A stretch of DNA of 32,000 nt from Candidatus Saccharimonadota bacterium (GCA_021654395.1 AP024486.1:90001-122000); one strand, 5' to 3'. Counted from the stretch's first letter, positions 24,681-32,000 are shown. Translations and numbers: made by a program. The notes: generated by a model from the letters alone, not told the origin.

Positions 24681-24690
24681 AAATTATAAT
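24681..24690 (-). promoter_or_regulatory. Candidate TATA box for tRNA-Arg
   Basis: Minus-strand ATTATAATTT occupies -30 to -21 relative to the mature tRNA 5' end at 24660. Confidence 0.35.
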
Positions 24691-24798
24691 AATTTTTAAT
24701 ATCTTATATGTATTTATTTATCTATACACAGCTTTATCAGAGTAAAAATAAAGTTATAATCTTTCTTATAAGCCTTTCGATAGATATAATTATAATAT

Positions 24799-25335
24799 AT
24801 GGACGTACTAACATTTGGGTTCTCTTTTAGAAGGGATTCTTACTCTAGAGCAGTAGCAGAGGCATGCGTCGAGCTAGCACCAGAAGATCTAAAGATAAAG
24901 CTTTACGATATAAAGGATATACCATTATTCAATCAGGATAATGAGAAAGATCTACCGGAAAGCGTTAAAAGCTTCAAGGCAGCCATAAAGGCATCGGATG
25001 CTATACTAATAGTTATGCCAGAGTATAACTACTCTGTTCCAGGATATTTGAAAAATGCTATAGATTACGCTTCTAGGCCATATGGTGACAACTCATTTTA
25101 TGGAAAGTATGCTGCAATGATTACTGAGTCTATAGGCATACTAGGCGGTAGTAGGGCACAGTATCATATGAGGCAGATCTTTGTTCCATTAGGAGTAAAG
25201 GAGATGAAGAGACCAGAGCTCTTCATACCCTTTATTCATGAGAAGGTCTCAGAGGGTAAGCTTGTAGATAAGCAGACAAGGATAAATATAGCAGAGTATC
25301 TTAAGGCATTTAGAGATTTTATATTGAATAGATGA
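24799..25335 (+). CDS. NAD(P)H-dependent FMN reductase family protein
   Basis: AILIVMPEYNYSVPGYLKNAIDYASRP signature and a flavodoxin-like length (178 aa). The N-terminal phosphate-binding motif is degenerate (GFSFRRDS instead of SGSxRxxS). Confidence 0.8.
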   Translation: MDVLTFGFSFRRDSYSRAVAEACVELAPEDLKIKLYDIKDIPLFNQDNEKDLPESVKSFKAAIKASDAILIVMPEYNYSVPGYLKNAIDYASRPYGDNSFYGKYAAMITESIGILGGSRAQYHMRQIFVPLGVKEMKRPELFIPFIHEKVSEGKLVDKQTRINIAEYLKAFRDFILNR

Positions 25336-25485
25336 GTTCCGTTCCTGTATAGATTTAAATATTAAAGCTACTTATTATAGCGGCTGTTTTATTGTATAAT
25401 TTTTTAAAATCTAGTTGATTATGTATAATAATCTCTATTTGTAAAGTAAGCAGTCTTTTGGCGTAGACTTTCTGTAAATAAGAAG

Positions 25486-25558
25486 CGCCCCGGTCGGGAT
25501 TTGAACCCGAGTCACGAGCGTGACAGGCTCGTATGCTAGACCACTACACCACCGAGGC
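25486..25558 (-). tRNA. tRNA-Asp (anticodon GTC)
   Basis: Hand fold: acceptor GCCTCGG/CCGGGGC, anticodon stem CGAGC/GCTCG, loop CTGTCAC, T arm TCGGG-TTCAAAT-CCCGA. It is 73 nt with no intron, and lies 47 nt downstream of aspS. Confidence 0.9.
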
Positions 25559-25605
25559 ATGGTCTAGAAGCTAATTTAATTTAGATTGTATAAAATATTA
25601 AAGCT

Positions 25606-26946
25606 TCACGGTAGCATCCTTTCTGGATCTCTTGGAAATAGTGCTACTTCTCTTATATTCTCTATATCTAGCAGCTGCTTTGTTATTCTCTCTATTCCTA
25701 TTGCAAAGCCACCATGTGGTGGGACACCATACTTGAAGAAATCAGTAAACCATGAGATATTCTTCATCCCTTTCTCATTTACATTCTCTATTAGCTTATT
25801 GTATCTGTTCTCTCTCTGACCTCCCGAGCTTATCTCAACTCCTTTGAATATCAGATCAACAGATCTTGCCCATTCTGGATTGTCATCATATCTCATTACA
25901 TAGAAAGGCTTGTGCTTAAATGGAAATCTTCTTATGAAGAAAAACTCAGAGCCGTACTCTTTTAAGAAGTACTGACCTAACTTAACCTCTGCTTCCCACG
26001 AATGCTCTTCTCCATACTTTATGTTTATACCTAATCTCTTTAGAAGATCATATATCTCTGGATATGTAACTTCAGGAAATGGCTTCTTTGGAATATTAAC
26101 TTCTTTATTTAATATCTTTAGCTCTTTATTACAGCTTTCCTTAACCTCTTTAAGCATTGCAATCACTAGATCCTCTTCTAAGTTCATTATATCTCTTTCA
26201 TCATTTATATATGCCATCTCCACTGCAATACTTCTAAGCTCACATAGATGCCTATTAGTGTGACTCTTCTCTGCTCTCCAGCTTGGGCCAACCTCGAATA
26301 TCCTCTCGAATCCACCAGCTATTGTCAGCTGCCTATGAAGCTGCGGATCCTGTCTTAAGAAGCCTTCTCTATCGAAATATACTATTGAGAACATCTCTGC
26401 TCCGCTCTCACTAGGAGCTCCTATTATGCATGGTGTAAATACTTGAATAAAGCCAGTACTTGTTAGATACTTTATTGCTGCATTAACCATAGCAGATTGA
26501 ATCTTAAAGATTGCTTGATTCTGAAGCTTCCTTAGATCTAAAGATCTCCAGTTTAATCTTTTATCTATGCTTGTCTCTGTATAGTTCATTATGTCTATTG
26601 GAAACTCTTGAATGCTATCTGCTAATAGCATAATGTCTGATACCTTTAGCTCTGCCTCAAACTGCTTGCTATTTGTATCAGTAACGGTGCCCTTAACCAT
26701 TATAACATTCTGCATCCCTATAGATCTTGCGAGCTCTATAGATCTACTATCTGTATTCTCATTTATAACTAGTTGTGCCTCTCCATTACTATCTCTAAGT
26801 ATTATGAATAGAAGCCTACTGCTTATCTCTCTTTTATTAGCTACAAAGCCAGCAAGTATCAGCTCTTTCCCTATATTTCCTTTATTTACGTCTGTAGTCT
26901 TAGCTCTCAGCTTTATGTCTTCTTTATTTAAAGGCATAGATATCAC
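25606..26946 (-). CDS. aspS: Aspartyl-tRNA synthetase, archaeal type (class IIb)
   Basis: The C-terminus KPFYVMRYDDNPEWARSVDLIFKGVEISSGGQRENRY...PPHGGFAIGIERI...IREVALFPRDPERMLP closely parallels archaeal AspRS as I recall it. Motif 2 is WRAEKSHTNRHLCEL. The track start at 26946 is a GTG; the ATG at 26937 (MPLNKED) is more likely. Confidence 0.9.
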   Translation of the reverse strand: MISMPLNKEDIKLRAKTTDVNKGNIGKELILAGFVANKREISSRLLFIILRDSNGEAQLVINENTDSRSIELARSIGMQNVIMVKGTVTDTNSKQFEAELKVSDIMLLADSIQEFPIDIMNYTETSIDKRLNWRSLDLRKLQNQAIFKIQSAMVNAAIKYLTSTGFIQVFTPCIIGAPSESGAEMFSIVYFDREGFLRQDPQLHRQLTIAGGFERIFEVGPSWRAEKSHTNRHLCELRSIAVEMAYINDERDIMNLEEDLVIAMLKEVKESCNKELKILNKEVNIPKKPFPEVTYPEIYDLLKRLGINIKYGEEHSWEAEVKLGQYFLKEYGSEFFFIRRFPFKHKPFYVMRYDDNPEWARSVDLIFKGVEISSGGQRENRYNKLIENVNEKGMKNISWFTDFFKYGVPPHGGFAIGIERITKQLLDIENIREVALFPRDPERMLP

Positions 26947-26951
26947 ACTAA

Positions 26952-27039
26952 TCCCACCGGGGTGACTCGAACACCCAACCTACCGGTATCCACTTAAACA
27001 AGCTACAGCCGGTCGCTCTGCCAATTGAGCTACGGTGGG
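26952..27039 (-). tRNA. tRNA-Tyr (anticodon GTA) with a 15-nt canonical intron
   Basis: Hand fold: acceptor CCCACCG/CGGTGGG with the archaeal Tyr identity pair C1-G72, D stem GCTC/GAGC, anticodon stem ACCGG/CCGGT, T arm GGGTG-TTCGAGT-CACCC. There are 22 nt between the anticodon stem halves. Confidence 0.85.
26988..27002 (-). other. Intron of tRNA-Tyr at the canonical 37/38 position
   Basis: Minus-strand CTTGTTTAAGTGGAT. Removing it leaves the anticodon loop CTGTAGA. Confidence 0.7.
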
Positions 27040-27058
27040 TCGACTATTTAGTATATGT

Positions 27059-27068
27059 TAAATTTATA
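27059..27068 (-). promoter_or_regulatory. Candidate TATA box for tRNA-Tyr, and possibly for the tRNA-Tyr/aspS transcript
   Basis: Minus-strand TATAAATTTA occupies -29 to -20 relative to the tRNA 5' end at 27039. Confidence 0.4.
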
Positions 27069-27113
27069 CTAGAAAATATTTAAATAGTTTTCAAATATAA
27101 AAACTTAAATGTA

Positions 27114-27118
27114 AGGTG
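27114..27118 (+). promoter_or_regulatory. Shine-Dalgarno-like site (AGGTG) for the thioredoxin gene
   Basis: It lies 5 nt upstream of the ATG at 27124. A TATA-like AATATTTAAATA at about 27075-27086 would give a short leader containing it. Confidence 0.4.
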
Positions 27119-27123
27119 TTATA

Positions 27124-27450
27124 ATGGTAGTAACAGACGTTAATTCGAGTGATTTTGAGCAGAAAGTTCTAAAATCAGATATACCAGTAATAGTTGATAT
27201 GTGGGCAGAGTGGTGTGGTCCCTGTAGAGTTTTATCCCCGATACTAGAAGAGCTCTCTGAAGACCCAGAGTTCAAAGGCAGGTTAGCATTTTATAAGCTA
27301 AACGTGGATGATAATCCAGATATAGCTATGAAGTATGATGTAATGGCTATACCTACAGTTTTACTTATAATAAATGGAAAAGTTAAAGCGCAGCTAGTCG
27401 GAGCCTATCCAAAGAATAGAGTAGTAGATTGGATTAAAAGAAATCTATAA
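27124..27450 (+). CDS. trxA: Thioredoxin
   Basis: 108 aa with the WAEWCGPCRVLSP active site and the cis-Pro motif AIPTVLL. Confidence 0.9.
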   Translation: MVVTDVNSSDFEQKVLKSDIPVIVDMWAEWCGPCRVLSPILEELSEDPEFKGRLAFYKLNVDDNPDIAMKYDVMAIPTVLLIINGKVKAQLVGAYPKNRVVDWIKRNL

Positions 27451-27553
27451 CTCCTTTATTACAGCTTTTATAATTTAAATTTGATGGGGCTTTAACCTGT
27501 TATAAGCTTATTTTATTATAATTTATATAATTTACTAACAGATAATATTATAT

Positions 27554-28831
27554 ATGGCTGCTATACAACAACCGAGAGGTGTAAGGGATCTAGACCTAGA
27601 TGAAGCCCTATTTAGATCTATCATTATATCGGATATAGAAAGAGTATACAGAAGATATGGCTTTAATATAATGGAAACAGCATACCTTGAAAGTCTAAGC
27701 CTTATAAAGGAAAGGACTATAGGTGATGATAATATTAAAGATATAATTAAGGTAGAAGGAGAAGACTCTTTTTTAAGATTCGATCAGACATTATCTCTAG
27801 CAAGATATGTTGCAACTAACAATAGTATACCTATGCCTTTAAAAAGATACTCTATAGGCAGAGTTTGGAGAAATGATGAACCACAGAGAATGAGATACAG
27901 AGAGTTTACACAGGCAGATATAGATATAGTTGGAAGTGATAGCATCTACTCAGATGCAGAGGTTATAAGCTGCTTGTATGAAGCACTTTCAACTATAGGT
28001 GTTAAGCCAATAGTAAAGCTGAATGATAGAAAGATCTATGATCTGCTTCTGGATAAGCTTAATATAAAGGATATGAAGACAAGATTAGATGCTCTTAGAG
28101 TTATAGATAAGTTAGGTAAGATAAGCAAGGAAGATGCTGCAGATAGATTATCAAAGCTAAATATAGGCTCAGATACAGTAAATGAGATCCTTAACTTTGC
28201 TTTATATGAAGGGGATAATGAAAAGAAGCTTACATATATAGCAGATGTTACAGGAGAAGCATCTGCAAAAAGGCTTAAAGAGCTGATAGATATATTAAAG
28301 GGTTATGGACTGTTGAATAACTCTATAGAGATTGATCTATCTATAATTAGAGGCTTAGACTATTATACAGGAGTTATATTTGAGATTAAGGATCCAAGAG
28401 AGAGTCTTACAGTTGCTGCTGGTGGCAGGTATGATAAGCTTGTATCAGTATATGCAAATAGAGATGTTCCTATGGTTGGTGGAAGCATAGGAGTAGATAG
28501 AGTAGAGGCCATACTCTTCGATAAAAGGCTCAACAAGCTAAAAACATTAACTAATGTATATATCGCATTTATAAATGATAACAACTATAGATATGCATTA
28601 GATCTGCTAAACTATCTTAGAAGCAAAGGCATAAATGCAGATATAAATCTAAACAAGAGAAATATAACTCATCAGATAGAGTACGCATCTAGTCTAAAGA
28701 TAAGATACATAGTAATAATAGGTAACGATGAGCAGAGTGCTTCTAAGTATAGACTGAAGGACTTAGAAAGTGGAGAGGAGAAGCTTCTTACTAGAGAGGA
28801 GCTGCTTAATGAGTTGGTGAATGCTAAATGA
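27554..28831 (+). CDS. hisS: Histidyl-tRNA synthetase
   Basis: PRGVRDL, RYSIGRVWRNDEPQRMRYREFTQADIDIVG (motif 2), GGRYD, GGSIGVDR and a C-terminal anticodon-binding domain. Confidence 0.9.
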   Translation: MAAIQQPRGVRDLDLDEALFRSIIISDIERVYRRYGFNIMETAYLESLSLIKERTIGDDNIKDIIKVEGEDSFLRFDQTLSLARYVATNNSIPMPLKRYSIGRVWRNDEPQRMRYREFTQADIDIVGSDSIYSDAEVISCLYEALSTIGVKPIVKLNDRKIYDLLLDKLNIKDMKTRLDALRVIDKLGKISKEDAADRLSKLNIGSDTVNEILNFALYEGDNEKKLTYIADVTGEASAKRLKELIDILKGYGLLNNSIEIDLSIIRGLDYYTGVIFEIKDPRESLTVAAGGRYDKLVSVYANRDVPMVGGSIGVDRVEAILFDKRLNKLKTLTNVYIAFINDNNYRYALDLLNYLRSKGINADINLNKRNITHQIEYASSLKIRYIVIIGNDEQSASKYRLKDLESGEEKLLTREELLNELVNAK

Positions 28832-29334
28832 AAGATAATGATATAGAGAAGATAACAGCTGAGACTATTAAGAAAGGAGGCATACTAGCAAGACTTTACT
28901 TTGACGTACAAGATAAGAACAAGGATAATCTACAACCTCTACTTGCTGATCTTACTAATAATCATATATCTAAAGAGAAAGGGATAGTCTACTTTTATGG
29001 TAGAATAGATCCTCCAATAGAGAGTAACGGCGTATATGTAACTAGCGCTCAGATAACTATGCTTTTCAGCTCATTTGAAGATATGATAAATATAGTTATG
29101 AAGTATACGCCCATAGCTTTAGAGATCCTAGAGCCATCTGATGGATATAAGCTCAGTACTTATGATATACAAAGAATTGCTCTAAATATATCTGAGTTTA
29201 TAACAAATAAGAACTTGAGTATAGCTTTAAGTATGCTAAATAAGCAAGATGCAGATAGTATAAAAAGAGTTATAGAGAATAGAGTAAAGATAGGCTCAGA
29301 GCTTATTAAAAAGATAAACAATCAGAATCATTAG
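28828..29334 (+). CDS. Hypothetical protein, translationally coupled to hisS
   Basis: 168 aa. The ATG overlaps the hisS TGA (ATGA). The alternating hydrophobic pattern (ILARLYFDV / LQPLLADL / IVYFYGRI / VYVTSAQITMLF / MINIVMKY / ALEILEP) suggests a small alpha/beta domain. No family recognised. Confidence 0.5.
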   Translation: MKDNDIEKITAETIKKGGILARLYFDVQDKNKDNLQPLLADLTNNHISKEKGIVYFYGRIDPPIESNGVYVTSAQITMLFSSFEDMINIVMKYTPIALEILEPSDGYKLSTYDIQRIALNISEFITNKNLSIALSMLNKQDADSIKRVIENRVKIGSELIKKINNQNH

Positions 29335-29344
29335 AATATAGCAG

Positions 29345-30208
29345 CTATATTATATACTTAGTGTTTTCTTTTATATACCCTACTACGGCTTCCATATTGC
29401 TGCTTTCTATCTTAGATCTATTTAATACTGGAATACCCTCTATCACTTTATCATCGCCATCATATGCAACTATTGGTAGATTTCCATATAGATTCTTATT
29501 TATCTCTTTAAATACCCTAGACCACTTAATTATTGTTCTTATATCCTTAATAAACGATACCTCTAACTTATATCTGTCAATATAAATTAGCTTAAACGGT
29601 TTGTACTTTAGCCTTAGAGTCCTTTCCTTTATATTATTCTTATATATGTTTACTTTATAGCTACGGTCTCTTATATCTGTATGTAGAATAGACTCTATCT
29701 TTTTGATTGTATTTAAAGAAGCAGTCTTACAGTAGCCCTTCTCGAATTTATATATCATATTCTTAGAAAGACCCGTAAGCCTTGCAAGCTCATCCATAGA
29801 TAGATCTATCTGCATCCTTGCTCTTCTTATTCTAGTACCGCTTATGGGTAGCCTCTTAGAGAAGAATCTTTTAGTCTTAAACATAAGATTGCTATTGATA
29901 TAGTTTAAAAAACCGTCCTCTGAGACGCAGTATATAGAGTACCTTGTGCTTATAGTATCATCATCAAGCGTCTTGCGGTTATTTCTATTCCCTATTATTA
30001 TTGGTGTTGCATCTATAGCATAAGATATCTTCTTTATAGAATCTGCCTCATCTATCTTTATTGAATCTATATTATCAACTAGCTTTATTAGTAGCGTCTG
30101 GGCACCATCTTTTGCTATGTATGTAAAGCATGCATGCAATCCACTTACATCTATAACTGTATCGAAGCGATCCTCTAATATCACCTTTAACTTATCCAAG
30201 TGCATCAT
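29345..30208 (-). CDS. Conserved archaeal putative HTH-type (XRE/Cro-C1) transcriptional regulatory protein
   Basis: 287 aa with a central HTH, IRRARMQIDLSMDELARLTGLSKNMIYKFEKG. The size and central placement resemble the archaea-wide 'putative HTH-type transcriptional regulatory protein' family. The start overlaps the upstream radical SAM stop by 4 nt. Confidence 0.65.
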   Translation of the reverse strand: MMHLDKLKVILEDRFDTVIDVSGLHACFTYIAKDGAQTLLIKLVDNIDSIKIDEADSIKKISYAIDATPIIIGNRNNRKTLDDDTISTRYSIYCVSEDGFLNYINSNLMFKTKRFFSKRLPISGTRIRRARMQIDLSMDELARLTGLSKNMIYKFEKGYCKTASLNTIKKIESILHTDIRDRSYKVNIYKNNIKERTLRLKYKPFKLIYIDRYKLEVSFIKDIRTIIKWSRVFKEINKNLYGNLPIVAYDGDDKVIEGIPVLNRSKIESSNMEAVVGYIKENTKYII

Positions 30209-31272
30209 ATAACACTCTTTATTATATTATCTATTATTGATTGATATGCTTCGCATGCAGTCCAGCTCTTTGGCTCTTTTCCATTATCAATCATTCTTAA
30301 TGCTTCTTTGGCCTTATCTGATCTTAGTATACTCAGTAAAGAGTAGTTACTATCTCTTAGATTGCCTAAGACGAGACCCCACATTATAGATGGATATACA
30401 TTTCCATAGCTATCTATAAAGATAGAGGATCTTATGCTTCTAGCAGGTAATGGTGGCCTTCCAGTCCTTACAAAATCTATTAGCTTTCTAGTAAATATAG
30501 AATCTATATACACAACTGGATCTAGTCTACTCTTTCTACTTCTTATAAACTTAGAGATCTGATCTATAACAACAGGATCATTTACAGGAATAGATACATT
30601 ATCATCATTATTTCTATAATAATGCTCCGATATCTGCGCAACATTTATATGAAATCTATCATAGTCTACCCATGGGAGCTCCCTCTTAACCTCTTCTATG
30701 GTCTTGATAAGCTCTGACTTATTTAGACTGCTTATTGTATATCCAAAAACAAATGAGAATCTATTATCGCTATCTTCTATAGACTTTAACTCTCTTGCTA
30801 ACTCTATAACTCTATCATAATTACCTTTTATACCCCTTATCTTATCATGAAGATCTCTATAGCCATCTAAGCTTAATGTTATTACTACCTTTGGTATCTT
30901 GAGCTCTAAGAACTGCTTTACAGATTTTACTATGAAGTTCTTATTAACTAGAGAGTTTGTAGGCATATTTATTAGAAATAGCTTGCTCTGTGTCTCTTTT
31001 ATTGATTTAACTATATCTACTATATCGCTTCTTAGAAATGGCTCGCCACCAGTAATCTCTACCCATCTAAAGAATCTATTACGCTCAAAGATCTCTCTAA
31101 TCTCTTCAGTAGAGAGCTCATTCTTAGGCTTTAGCTGCCATATATTACATGTCAAGCATCTTGATTGACATCTATAAGTTACTGCAAAGTTTAGCTTGTA
31201 TGGTAAAGAATTAAATCTGAGATTAGTCTTTATTAGTAATGGCAAGCCGTTCTTAAGCATAACACTATTCAT
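30205..31272 (-). CDS. Radical SAM enzyme (MoaA/PqqE-like core) with a Cys-depleted SPASM-like C-terminal region
   Basis: FAVTYRCQSRCLTCNIW (CX3CX2C) and EITGGEPFLR (SAM-binding GGE). The C-terminal IFIDSYGNVYPS...LGNLRDSNYSLLSIL...WTACEAY follows SPASM/twitch spacing but has only one Cys. Confidence 0.75.
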   Translation of the reverse strand: MNSVMLKNGLPLLIKTNLRFNSLPYKLNFAVTYRCQSRCLTCNIWQLKPKNELSTEEIREIFERNRFFRWVEITGGEPFLRSDIVDIVKSIKETQSKLFLINMPTNSLVNKNFIVKSVKQFLELKIPKVVITLSLDGYRDLHDKIRGIKGNYDRVIELARELKSIEDSDNRFSFVFGYTISSLNKSELIKTIEEVKRELPWVDYDRFHINVAQISEHYYRNNDDNVSIPVNDPVVIDQISKFIRSRKSRLDPVVYIDSIFTRKLIDFVRTGRPPLPARSIRSSIFIDSYGNVYPSIMWGLVLGNLRDSNYSLLSILRSDKAKEALRMIDNGKEPKSWTACEAYQSIIDNIIKSVI

Positions 31273-31312
31273 CTTAAGCTCATCCGAATCTCTATCACTA
31301 TTTACTATTATT

Positions 31313-31369
31313 AGATATTTAAATCTTTTTTATATATCTGATTTAGCTTATAAAAAGCAGATATTTAAA
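31313..31369. repeat. Two direct copies of AGATATTTAAA in a divergent promoter region
   Basis: The copies lie at 31313-31323 and 31359-31369. Each contains a near-palindromic TATA-like core (ATATTTAAA). One is 41-51 nt from the radical SAM start (31272) and the other 32-42 nt from the CBS gene start (31401). Confidence 0.35.
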
Positions 31370-31400
31370 ATAATCATAACTAATTTATCTACTGATATAC

Positions 31401-32000
31401 ATGAATCTATTAGGCGACTCTATTAACTTAAATGCAGGATTAATAAAAGAGGTGCCAATAGTCGATTACGAAGAGCCACTTGTTAGATATACAGAAAAGC
31501 TATTTAATCAAAAGGCATTGATTGTTACTGATTCTAAAGGCTATTATGGAATTGTTGACTCTAGAAGTATAATAAGAAGAGGCCTCAAGCTTAAGATAAA
31601 TGAAAAGTCTAGAATAGGTAAGTTTGCGATTAACGCACCGCTCTTATCTGAGTTCTCAACTGTTAATAATCTGTTAAACTACTTTTATAAATATAAGCTA
31701 AATGCATTTGCATATAGCGATAACAATAAGATACTTGGCGTTGTAGATAAGTATATAGCAATGAGAGTAATGCTATCTCTAAAGCTACTAAGCGGCTTAA
31801 AAGTAAAGGATATTATGAGCTCCCCAGTAGTAGCCATAACAGAGAATGAAACATTAGGCTTCGCTATAAAAACAATGAATGAAAGAGCCATTCATAGATT
31901 AATAGTATATGTAGATAATTCTAGCAGATATGGATTAATAACTTATACTGATATAATAAGAAGCTTCCTGAATATTACATCAAGGGCTGTTGAGATCAGA
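31401..32000 (+). CDS. CBS-domain pair protein (partial, continues past the window end)
   Basis: This ORF is absent from the supplied ORF track. Hand translation from the ATG at 31401 is open for 200 codons to the window edge: MNLLGDSINL...ALIVTDSKGYYGIVDSRSIIRR...VKDIMSSPVVAITENETLGFAIKTMNERAIHRLIVY...GLITYTDIIRSF. These are two CBS motifs. Confidence 0.7.
   Translation, partial: MNLLGDSINLNAGLIKEVPIVDYEEPLVRYTEKLFNQKALIVTDSKGYYGIVDSRSIIRRGLKLKINEKSRIGKFAINAPLLSEFSTVNNLLNYFYKYKLNAFAYSDNNKILGVVDKYIAMRVMLSLKLLSGLKVKDIMSSPVVAITENETLGFAIKTMNERAIHRLIVYVDNSSRYGLITYTDIIRSFLNITSRAVEIR

Noticed and set aside
30205-31272. The idea that the 355-aa radical SAM protein is a prokaryotic viperin-like antiviral enzyme (similar size, with an HTH neighbour).
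   Set aside because: The cluster motif context (YRCQSRCLTCNIW) and the C-terminus do not resemble the viperin pattern as I remember it. There is no nucleotide kinase or other defence-type neighbour, and the flanking genes are housekeeping (hisS). There is no positive evidence.
1227-31891. 24 ORFs in the supplied track lie antisense inside other genes: 1227-1460, 3029-3331, 3463-3786, 5663-5965, 6359-6901, 8123-8317, 11139-11402, 11748-12131, 12948-13175, 13843-14103, 14438-14656, 15179-15376, 15455-15685, 16929-17111, 18051-18236, 22765-22950, 25586-25819, 26021-26263, 26612-26965, 28363-28584, 29361-29585, 30899-31168, 31196-31426 and 31685-31891.
   Set aside because: Nearly all lie wholly or mostly within, and opposite to, a gene with a clear family signature (ribosomal proteins, AspRS, HisRS, pelota and so on). 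The exception is 31196-31426, which extends through the intergenic promoter region into the CBS gene start. Their translations are low-complexity L/S/F/I-rich strings. That is typical of the reverse complement of purine-rich, AT-rich coding strands. None has its own recognisable motif or plausible start context.
1-32000. A search by eye for CRISPR arrays, transposase or integrase genes, duplicated tRNA 3' halves marking integrated elements, toxin-antitoxin pairs and known defence genes.
   Set aside because: I found no regularly spaced direct repeats, no recombinase-like ORFs and no repeated tRNA fragments flanking the three tRNA genes. The window reads as core chromosome with a few lineage-specific surface and unknown genes. 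Manual scanning cannot exclude short or degenerate repeats.

Overview
This is an AT-rich (roughly 30% GC by eye), very gene-dense archaeal chromosomal segment. I call 46 protein-coding genes (2 partial at the window edges) and 3 tRNA genes. I saw no rRNA, CRISPR array, transposase or integrase. The minus-strand block 843-7291 is a shortened archaeal ribosomal-protein super-operon: rnp1-S17-L14-L24-S4e-L5-S14-S8-L6-L32e-L19e-L18-S5. It runs through overlapping stop/start codons directly into csl4 (exosome cap) and rpoL. The usual L30-L15-secY tail and the L29/S3 upstream part are absent here. The rest is housekeeping: pelota, Spt5-L11, isopentenyl phosphate kinase, an EndoIII-related glycosylase, inorganic pyrophosphatase, S8e, UppP, AspRS, HisRS, thioredoxin and an FMN reductase. 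Interspersed are accessory-looking genes. Three are membrane-anchored proteins very rich in N-x-S/T sequons; one has a class III (pilin-type) signal peptide, and one has a DsbA-like fold whose CXXC is replaced by APGA. There are also two radical SAM enzymes, one translationally coupled to a conserved archaeal XRE-HTH protein, and several small unknowns. The observations I rate highest are: (i) a tRNA-Arg(CCU) with a 13-nt insertion in the T-loop, probably a non-canonical intron, and a tRNA-Tyr with a canonical 15-nt intron; (ii) tRNA genes abutting downstream ORFs by 5-14 nt, including a tRNA-Tyr/aspS/tRNA-Asp unit, which suggests tRNA-punctuated mRNAs; (iii) a 126-aa protein downstream of S8e whose C-terminus mimics the ribosomal stalk P1/L12 factor-binding tail; (iv) a three-copy about 15-nt motif around the promoter of a small wHTH regulator; (v) four convergent gene pairs with zero or negative spacing. 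I do not see a self-evident multi-gene novel system such as a defence island. The candidates above are hypotheses built on motif-level reading only. The lineage looks like a small-genome DPANN-like or Thermoplasmata-like archaeon, but it cannot be resolved from this window.
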